DNA of 64,000 bases from a virus: the IMG/VR virus record IMGVR_UViG_3300034190_002630, one strand, 5' to 3'. This document shows, one piece after another, positions 57,618 to 64,000 of the stretch. The notes beneath the pieces are model-generated. The model searched no databases. It was not told the origin of the DNA and saw nothing but the letters and a program-made list of their open reading frames with translations. Position 1 is the stretch's first letter, and every line of letters starts with the position of its first letter. Made by a program: the position numbers and the translations under genes.

Positions 57618-57921
57618 AATAATGATTCAATAGTCCAGTTGCATATACGAAAATAGCAACTGCATTTAGGAAGATTAATGCACGGTCATGCCATAACATA
57701 CCTACAACTAACCAACCTGTAACACCAATCCCATGAATTATAATGTTAATAGGAAATAAGTTTGCACTTGTTAATGCCATACCAATAATAATGAATATAC
57801 TAGATACCCATTTGATATACCAAGACAAGTCACCTTTTGGTGTAATCTTTTTGAATACTCTGGTAGAGTTCAATTCTTTAATCTTATCGTCTAATTTCTT
57901 TCTCACTTCTTCTTTAGTCAT
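57610..57921 (-). CDS. DUF6552-like membrane protein
   Basis: WYIKW.SS, GW..VG.LWHDRALI.LN. Confidence 0.75.
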   Translation of the reverse strand: MTKEEVRKKLDDKIKELNSTRVFKKITPKGDLSWYIKWVSSIFIIIGMALTSANLFPINIIIHGIGVTGWLVVGMLWHDRALIFLNAVAIFVYATGLLNHYYG

Positions 57922-58522
57922 TTACAAATACCTCTTTCATAATTAATTTCGCTTGTGTTTCATTATATGTTACAAAAGGTTTGAGTTTATTGAGTGTTTG
58001 TTTAATTTTTGGCCAAACAATTTTCTCTTCAATTTTCTTATCCCATATCTTACTAAACGATAATACTGTATCAAGAATGATGGCGGTCTGGAGGTGAATT
58101 TTTTTTCTGAGCAATAGTCGTAAAACTCTAGGATGTTGTCCGTTAACCACATCAAAGCCATCATCAAAAGAAATAGACTTGTTATCAAGGTCATTACGAA
58201 TAGCCACGCAATCGTTCCTGAAATGGTAATCAAAGCCATCTTTGTATTTTCTATACTTGGTATAATTTTCAGCACCCTCATTGTTTATAACATTACCAAT
58301 CCACTTATTGCCATCAACAGCAAAATTACTAACAAAATAATCCAGTATATCTCGCTCAGCATATCTTTTAGATAACTTGTGAAAAAAATACCTATCTGAC
58401 CGTTTAGTAAAGCTTTCCAACTTTGCCGTAACCCTACCACCATATTTGTGATAGTCGTAATCACTTGTAAAATGATTCTTGACTGCCAAATAAGTTTTAA
58501 ATACATCAAAGCCACCATACAT
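57914..58522 (-). CDS. 59: helicase loader gp59 (copy B)
   Basis: YLAVKNHF.SDYDYHKYGG, KRSDRYFF.KL, GQHP. Confidence 0.88.
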   Translation of the reverse strand: MYGGFDVFKTYLAVKNHFTSDYDYHKYGGRVTAKLESFTKRSDRYFFHKLSKRYAERDILDYFVSNFAVDGNKWIGNVINNEGAENYTKYRKYKDGFDYHFRNDCVAIRNDLDNKSISFDDGFDVVNGQHPRVLRLLLRKKIHLQTAIILDTVLSFSKIWDKKIEEKIVWPKIKQTLNKLKPFVTYNETQAKLIMKEVFVND

Positions 58523-58523
58523 A

Positions 58524-59171
58524 TTAATCTAACAAATATTTTGCACTAATTGGAAAATGGTCTTTCAAGTGTTTTGCCATTTGTTGAGTTATCATTCTTG
58601 TTTCTTCTTGCGAATCTTCTTTATTTCTTAAATTACATACACGAGCAAAAGCCATCAATGAACCTGTCCAGTACCACTCTGTCATCATATTTTGTGGCAA
58701 TACCATTCTTGCCATTTCAGGAGCAATACCCTCTTCAATCATTTTTTCATATGTATCTTTTGATTCTTTTACTAATGTCGTGATATCAAATTCTATTTCT
58801 TTTTGACTAGAACCTTGTTTCTTATCCTCTGGTGCACCACGCCAAATAAATGGTATATAAAATTCTGGTTTACTATCTACATATCTACGACTTACTTCAT
58901 TCCAAACTAAACCAACTTGGTGTTTTACAAGTTGTCTTGCAACAAACACAGGTGCCTTGATTAAGAATTGTAATGTAGTGTGTCCAAATGGTGACCAATG
59001 ATTATGTTTAGCAAGATACTTAATAAGTTTTTCATCTTTGTCTTGCAAGATTTTTACAATTTCATCACCACCAATGACATCTTCCCAATCACTTCGTTTA
59101 TCAAAAGACACTCGAGCTGCATTTACAACTGAAAGGTCACTACCCATTTTATCAATTAATTGTATATTCAT
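58524..59171 (-). CDS. thyX: FAD-dependent thymidylate synthase
   Basis: GSDLSVVNAARVSF, HWSPF, ARQLVKH..WNEVSRRY, APEMARMVLP. Confidence 0.95.
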   Translation of the reverse strand: MNIQLIDKMGSDLSVVNAARVSFDKRSDWEDVIGGDEIVKILQDKDEKLIKYLAKHNHWSPFGHTTLQFLIKAPVFVARQLVKHQVGLVWNEVSRRYVDSKPEFYIPFIWRGAPEDKKQGSSQKEIEFDITTLVKESKDTYEKMIEEGIAPEMARMVLPQNMMTEWYWTGSLMAFARVCNLRNKEDSQEETRMITQQMAKHLKDHFPISAKYLLD

Positions 59172-59386
59172 AACGGTAACTTTCCTGCCTCTGGCAATTT
59201 AAGTAGATTCGCTGTAGTACATTCTACTTGTATTTTTTCTTTTAGTGATTTAGAAATCAATCGGCCGACCGTTTCTACTTCGATTTTATTTTCTTCACAG
59301 TACCATAATATGGCATCCATGTATGTTATAGGTCTCTTGTCTTTGACAACACCCTCTATAATTAAACTAAATTCTTTGCTATTCAT
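59168..59386 (-). CDS. 33: late transcription coactivator gp33 (copy B)
   Basis: EFSLIIE, YMDAILWYC, LISKSLKEKI, GKLPL. Confidence 0.85.
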   Translation of the reverse strand: MNSKEFSLIIEGVVKDKRPITYMDAILWYCEENKIEVETVGRLISKSLKEKIQVECTTANLLKLPEAGKLPL

Positions 59387-59423
59387 ATGTATAATATATC
59401 ACTTATTGTTAATAATGTAAAGC

Positions 59424-59672
59424 GTGGATTGATTCTGTTACGAGGTTCAATCCACAAAACCCTAAGCGACTAGGCCGCTAATGCAAAGTTATTATCGTTT
59501 GCGTTTAATTAGCATGAAAGGTTGCCACCTATTAATCTCTTACAATTTTCTCAACACCTGTCGAAACCTATATCAGCCCCATCATAAGCACACTCTGTAA
59601 ATGTGTTTATGGTGGAGCTGGAGGGAATCGCACCCTCGTCCAGCATGTCTACCATAATTGTCGTCAACGACT
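59424..59672 (-). ncRNA. ssrA: circularly permuted tmRNA, tag ANDNNFALAA
   Basis: Minus strand: T arm + CAGCTCC-A-CCA ends 59610; hairpin spacer; GGGGCTG starts 59580 (G3:U); tag ORF 59502-59470; GTAACAGAA 3' motif; ends approximate. Confidence 0.92.
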
Positions 59673-59677
59673 AATTC

Positions 59678-60055
59678 TTATAAATCCAAACCTTTTAAAT
59701 TAAAACTTGGATTAATTGTTGTATCAAAACTTATATACAATATACAAGCCTCTGAACCATCTGGTGCCTGCATTGTTACCATTTGTTCAGTTGTACCTTG
59801 TTTCAACCAATGTGTAACTACAAATGCAATATCACCATCTTCTTTACCGTTCGTTTTACCGAATGAAACACTAAATGGTGTCCACCCTTGTTCACTTCCA
59901 TACTCCATTACCGTCTTTGTATCTCCACATATAATTGGAGCATGTGAACGGAAAAAATTATAGTGGTCATCAGCTACAGCTGTTGTAACTGAAAACAATG
60001 TTACTGCTATTGTTGATAGCATTCCCATAATTATTCCTGATATGATTTTATTCAT
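59678..60055 (-). CDS. hypothetical exported protein
   Basis: AAGGGA RBS; signal peptide, PIICG and EACILY. Confidence 0.7.
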   Translation of the reverse strand: MNKIISGIIMGMLSTIAVTLFSVTTAVADDHYNFFRSHAPIICGDTKTVMEYGSEQGWTPFSVSFGKTNGKEDGDIAFVVTHWLKQGTTEQMVTMQAPDGSEACILYISFDTTINPSFNLKGLDL

Positions 60056-60077
60056 GTAAGTCCCCTTTAGAGAGTGA

Positions 60078-60761
60078 CTAGCTTGGTTTATTACCTGTCT
60101 TCTCTTCGTAATATTTATAGAAACCCTTGATTGCGTCTTCAAGTTTTCCCATGTAATCTGCTTTGTTCTTAACGAATGCCTTAGCAGAACCATCTTCACC
60201 AGCTTGTAGGATTACAATTTGTTCAATTGGTGTACCAAATAACTCTTCATACATAATTGCATAAGCAGTACATTGAATATAATAATTCTCATTCCAACTA
60301 TCAACTCGTTCTTTGTTGGCAGTTTTGAAGTCAATCACAGATAGTTTACCATTGTATTCTGCAATACAATCAACTTGACCTGCAACGGTCAGTTTCTTAC
60401 TATACATGATTTTTTCTAATGCATGAATATTATCTACTTGGTCAAGATATGGTTTCAATAGTCGAAACATACCTAATGGTAATACATCACGAATTGATGG
60501 TGTTTCACCTTTTAAATATTGTTCTACAAGAGTATGTGTAGCAGAACCTCTACGAGCTGCTCTATTCATCTCCCATTTAGCTGCTTCTTCGCCAACATTC
60601 TTACGCCAAGCGATAAGACCAGGTTTTGGAATAGCACCTAATACAGTAGTAATACTTGGAAAGTGTTTATCTTCGACAGCATAAAACCTAAAACCATCAA
60701 TATTCTTACCTTTGGTTGTTGGAAATTTACTCTCGTCTAGTTGTACAAAGTTTTTAGTCAT
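60078..60761 (-). CDS. PD-(D/E)xK exonuclease (copy B)
   Basis: FPSITTVL, RGSATH, AGQVDCIAEYNGKLSVIDFKT. Confidence 0.9.
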   Translation of the reverse strand: MTKNFVQLDESKFPTTKGKNIDGFRFYAVEDKHFPSITTVLGAIPKPGLIAWRKNVGEEAAKWEMNRAARRGSATHTLVEQYLKGETPSIRDVLPLGMFRLLKPYLDQVDNIHALEKIMYSKKLTVAGQVDCIAEYNGKLSVIDFKTANKERVDSWNENYYIQCTAYAIMYEELFGTPIEQIVILQAGEDGSAKAFVKNKADYMGKLEDAIKGFYKYYEEKTGNKPS

Positions 60762-60790
60762 TTCAGTTCCTTTTTCATTTCTATGTGTTC

Positions 60791-60819
60791 ATTATATACT
60801 ATATGTACTGTGTTGGCAA
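60791..60819 (-). promoter_or_regulatory. sigma70-like promoter
   Basis: TTGCCA-17-TATAAT. Confidence 0.75.
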
Positions 60820-60888
60820 GCCTTAAATGCCTTTTTTGGCGTATAAATCATTCAAATAATCTCTACCCGACTTAAACGGTTCTGTTTC

Positions 60889-61401
60889 TCAGCTAATCAT
60901 TGACAAGGCTAATTCAGTAGTTTCATCTACTCTTCTTGTCCAACCTTTACCAAATGTGGCAAATGTAGATAACTTTTCGTAATAATCTTGTCTTGCACCT
61001 TGATAATCTTCGATACATTTTTCAAGACCATGTTCTTCAACATATTCGCCTAATTTTTTTAATGTATTTGGTCCAATACCACCATCTGCAACTGTACCAA
61101 TCATTGTTTGTAGATACTTGGCTGCTCTGCCTGGTCCTGCATTAACACCAAAGTCAAAAACGCAAAGGTCTAAACCGTTTGGTAGTTGGTCGCCTTTCAT
61201 TTTATCCCAATAGCCTTTTTTGTAAATTGGTGCCACATCTTCGACTAATAAGTCTTTCATGTCTTTTGTGCCACCATGTTCTAGGTAAACTCTTTTAGTT
61301 ACACCTAAATTAGTTTCTCCGCCTGGATCCTTTGGATGATTTACATAACCACCTTCGTGGTGTAAAATAGTTTCTAGGCACTTATCATAATTTGCTTGCA
61401 T
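60889..61401 (-). CDS. GH108 endolysin (copy B)
   Basis: HHEGGYVNHPKDPGGETNLGVT, FGKGWTRR. Confidence 0.9.
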   Translation of the reverse strand: MQANYDKCLETILHHEGGYVNHPKDPGGETNLGVTKRVYLEHGGTKDMKDLLVEDVAPIYKKGYWDKMKGDQLPNGLDLCVFDFGVNAGPGRAAKYLQTMIGTVADGGIGPNTLKKLGEYVEEHGLEKCIEDYQGARQDYYEKLSTFATFGKGWTRRVDETTELALSMIS

Positions 61402-61403
61402 GT

Positions 61404-61799
61404 TTAGTTTCCTTTTGTTAGCTTTAATAGCTTTTCTATTTGTGCCTTAATAATCGGACCTCTATTAGGCCAATGAATATAAGGCTCGTCACTTTTCATA
61501 AGATTATAAAGAAACGGTAATATTAGTTTTTCTATTTCTTTAAATCTTTTTATAGTTTCTTCATCTGATAATGTTTGTGTGACTTGGTCTTTTTCTGCCA
61601 CAATTTGCATGATTTCATTCATCATACTTTTAATATCGCCCACATCTGATTTGACTTTGGCTAGTTCTACATTATTGGTTTCTATAACCGAAGTATCTAC
61701 AGCTGGTGTAGATTCAGGTGCTTTACTAACTGGTGTAAACCCCCAATCTGCGTCTAAATCATACTCTCGTAAATAATCTGGTATACCTTTGTCTGCCAT
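61404..61799 (-). CDS. conserved hypothetical protein
   Basis: DWGFTPV, LILPFLYNL, YIHWPNR. Confidence 0.8.
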   Translation of the reverse strand: MADKGIPDYLREYDLDADWGFTPVSKAPESTPAVDTSVIETNNVELAKVKSDVGDIKSMMNEIMQIVAEKDQVTQTLSDEETIKRFKEIEKLILPFLYNLMKSDEPYIHWPNRGPIIKAQIEKLLKLTKGN

Positions 61800-61801
61800 A
61801 T

Positions 61802-62122
61802 CTATTTTCTCTTTTGAGCGGCTTGTCGTTTTCTATGTTTCTCTACAACTGCCTGTGTTTTAATTTCTTTAGTGCTTCGTTTACCGTGTTGTTTAGCAAA
61901 CTCAGAGGCTGGGTGTGCTTCAGCAATTCTACTTTGCATTTCTTTCCAACCATTATCATTCTTCATAGCACCAACACCTACGACACCACTAGATATATTT
62001 ATCTGTGTTAATAACTGTTTTATGTGCTTATTCTTCTTTAAATAAGCTTCTTTCTCAGCTATCATCATTATGTCGTCCCAAACTTTACCAGTTCTTGTGT
62101 TTTCAAATGTGTATGTTGGCAT
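61802..62122 (-). CDS. FmdB-like small protein (copy B)
   Basis: MPTYTF; RIAEAHPAS. Confidence 0.75.
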   Translation of the reverse strand: MPTYTFENTRTGKVWDDIMMIAEKEAYLKKNKHIKQLLTQINISSGVVGVGAMKNDNGWKEMQSRIAEAHPASEFAKQHGKRSTKEIKTQAVVEKHRKRQAAQKRK

Positions 62123-62123
62123 G

Positions 62124-62345
62124 TTAACTCTTGAATGGGTCTTTAATAGTAAAATATTTATTCAACATTTCTATTTGGTCATCATACTCTGCAATGACTT
62201 TTAATTCTTTTTCTGCTTCAGTAAGAACATCACCATGTTCGCCAATACCAACTGCATTTTGTAGAATTACCTCTACATTAAGTTTATGTTTTTCAATGTG
62301 ACCTTGAGCATGTGCCTTTAAGGCTTCTATCATTTTTTCACGCAT
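62124..62345 (-). CDS. conserved hypothetical protein (copy B)
   Basis: HAQGHIEKHKLNV..VGIGEH. Confidence 0.8.
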   Translation of the reverse strand: MREKMIEALKAHAQGHIEKHKLNVEVILQNAVGIGEHGDVLTEAEKELKVIAEYDDQIEMLNKYFTIKDPFKS

Positions 62346-62354
62346 TTATAACTC

Positions 62355-62942
62355 CTATATCTCTGCCGTGTTTTGGTAGTATTTCACACCCTCTATGTAC
62401 CAGTTTGGCACACTAGCAGGTGATTTCCATGTCGCAAATCTAGTTTTTTCTAAACAATAATATTTACGATATGACTCAACTGAATCACCAGGTACTTTGC
62501 AATAATCAGGCATAGCAGGTGTAGGTTCAGTTGCAATCTTATTTAGTTGAATATTTTTAGGTGGATGTTTTAGTATGTCACCTAATAACTGAATAGTTTT
62601 GTGGTCAAGAACATGACCATATCTCAATTGCCATTGTTCGTGTAAAGCTATCATGTGTTTGTATAACCAGTTATAGTGGTATGCACTTGACATAACCCAC
62701 TTCGTACTAGGGTGGTTTACATGACTTGCTTTGTATAATACATTTTCTAGGTTTGAATTAGGATGTGACCATCTTTTAATCTTACGACCATTTTTAGTTT
62801 GACCATAATATTCTGTACCGTCAAGAATACGGTGAGCAGTTGATAACATTTGAGCAGACTCAATAATCATTTTACATACATGTTTGTCACATGACATTTC
62901 AGCTGCCACTTTTGGGTCATGGTCTAGGTAAAATACATTCAT
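62355..62942 (-). CDS. DenV-related protein (copy B)
   Basis: MNVFYLD..CDKHVCKMIIESAQMLSTAHR, HVNHPS..W, PAMP. Confidence 0.78.
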   Translation of the reverse strand: MNVFYLDHDPKVAAEMSCDKHVCKMIIESAQMLSTAHRILDGTEYYGQTKNGRKIKRWSHPNSNLENVLYKASHVNHPSTKWVMSSAYHYNWLYKHMIALHEQWQLRYGHVLDHKTIQLLGDILKHPPKNIQLNKIATEPTPAMPDYCKVPGDSVESYRKYYCLEKTRFATWKSPASVPNWYIEGVKYYQNTAEI

Positions 62943-63100
62943 TAGTTAATTGCCCTCCTAAAGTAATCTTCACGGTTATACATTTTACATAATTTAGAGA
63001 ACACATTGTACCAGTAATCCTTAGCCCAATCTGTTCTTGCGTTTCTACATGCCGTTTCGGCATTTTTGATTCGCTTATCTTTTAATTTCTCACTAATCAT
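62942..63100 (-). CDS. hypothetical protein
   Basis: MISEKLKDKRIKNAETAC...WAKDYW; ATG 6 nt after a -10 box. Confidence 0.65.
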   Translation of the reverse strand: MISEKLKDKRIKNAETACRNARTDWAKDYWYNVFSKLCKMYNREDYFRRAIN

Positions 63101-63106
63101 AACTAC

Positions 63107-63135
63107 ATTATATACCATTTTACTCTCTTTGGCAA
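63107..63135 (-). promoter_or_regulatory. sigma70-like promoter
   Basis: TTGCCA-17-TATAAT. Confidence 0.75.
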
Positions 63136-63143
63136 CCACCTGT

Positions 63144-64000
63144 TTACGATAAATCCATTATTTGATTAAGTTTTATACGAATTTCATCTGGATTTAGACC
63201 TAATTTCTTCATTTTATCATAGTCTTTACTCTTTAGTTCGCCAGTACCTATTTTTTTAAGAATATCTTTATAAACTTTTTCTCTATCTCTGACTCTTTTC
63301 GCTCTAACTTTTGCGTTAGAAGCTTCTTTTTGGTAATCTTTTTGGACTTTGTTTTCGGCTTCTTCTTTGTCAAGTTTTCTACTCCTTAGTGAGATATTAG
63401 CCGCTATCAATAACAATACTGCCAATGGGTCAAATACAAATATCAATACTATAATTACCCACCTAACAGCCTTATCAAAATAATCTTGTGCTTGCTCACC
63501 ATATATTAATTCTGCAATATATTTAATTGGTCCTACTTCAGCTTCTATCTTATCTTGTTCTAACTGTAATGAACCTTTTTGGTCTGATAATTCTGCAATC
63601 TTATCACTTGCCTCGTTAATGGCAAGCGTCAAAGTGTCCCTTTCAGGCTTTTGTTTTTCTCTTTCTTTTAGACCTCTTGTTACATATTCCATACCAATAT
63701 ATGTTTCAAGTGTACTATCTAATAATGTTAATGTTTTGTTTGCTCTCTCAATAATTAAATTTTGTTGTTTAATTTGATTATCAATTAATTCTATTTTAAT
63801 ATTGTTACTAGATGTAGGTTGTACTTGGTCTAGGTGTGCCTTTGATAAGAAACCAAAGATACCCATAGATGTGATAAAGATTAATACTATAACAGCAAAT
63901 GTCAAGTATGCTTTTATAGTTTGTGGTACAAGTTTATTGCGCCAGTTATTATATAACCATGAGGCGGCTACAAGTTTACCAACTTCTAAAGCACTACCCA
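63144..64000 (-). CDS. conserved membrane/coiled-coil protein (5'-truncated by window)
   Basis: Frame open to window end: GSALEVGKLVAASWLY; ITSMGIFGFLSKAH, EVGPIKYIAELIYG, IFVFDPLAV. Confidence 0.85.
   Translation of the reverse strand, partial: GSALEVGKLVAASWLYNNWRNKLVPQTIKAYLTFAVIVLIFITSMGIFGFLSKAHLDQVQPTSSNNIKIELIDNQIKQQNLIIERANKTLTLLDSTLETYIGMEYVTRGLKEREKQKPERDTLTLAINEASDKIAELSDQKGSLQLEQDKIEAEVGPIKYIAELIYGEQAQDYFDKAVRWVIIVLIFVFDPLAVLLLIAANISLRSRKLDKEEAENKVQKDYQKEASNAKVRAKRVRDREKVYKDILKKIGTGELKSKDYDKMKKLGLNPDEIRIKLNQIMDLS

Noticed and set aside
54830-60891. Stop-codon recoding in block B
   Set aside because: TAA, TAG and TGA all end conserved genes at expected positions; the two odd stops are isolated

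Overview
AT-rich DNA of a T4-like marine myophage; the gene content and two permuted tmRNAs suggest an alphaproteobacterial host such as SAR11. Block A (1-50.4 kb, + strand) starts with gp41 helicase, a late region of mosaic K/E-rich putative head-cargo proteins, fibre/decoration proteins and spanins. It continues with primase, nrdA and a grx-nrdB fusion, sugar-modification enzymes, and a curli module (CsgF, CsgG, two curlin-like genes) joined to FecR and a CHASE2 adenylate cyclase. It ends with bS21, RNase H, ACP, PhoH, endolysin, carbamoyltransferase, a permuted tmRNA, gp33, gp59 and gp32. A minus-strand tail cluster follows (gp2, nuclease, gp54-like, gp26, gp51, tape-measure-like). Block B (54.9-64 kb, - strand) is a diverged, inverted, syntenic counterpart of 41-50 kb with a second gp32, gp59, gp33, tmRNA, exonuclease and endolysin; it most likely reflects a chimeric join of two related phage genomes. 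The best leads are the curli-FecR-cyclase trans-envelope module, a predicted -1 frameshift fusing gp26 to gp51, protease-delimited polyprotein cargo, a kissing-loop RNA with an anti-RBS loop, two tmRNAs with different tags, and a 30-aa metallothionein-like ORF. All calls are by eye from motifs; DUF names are from recall and no database search was run.
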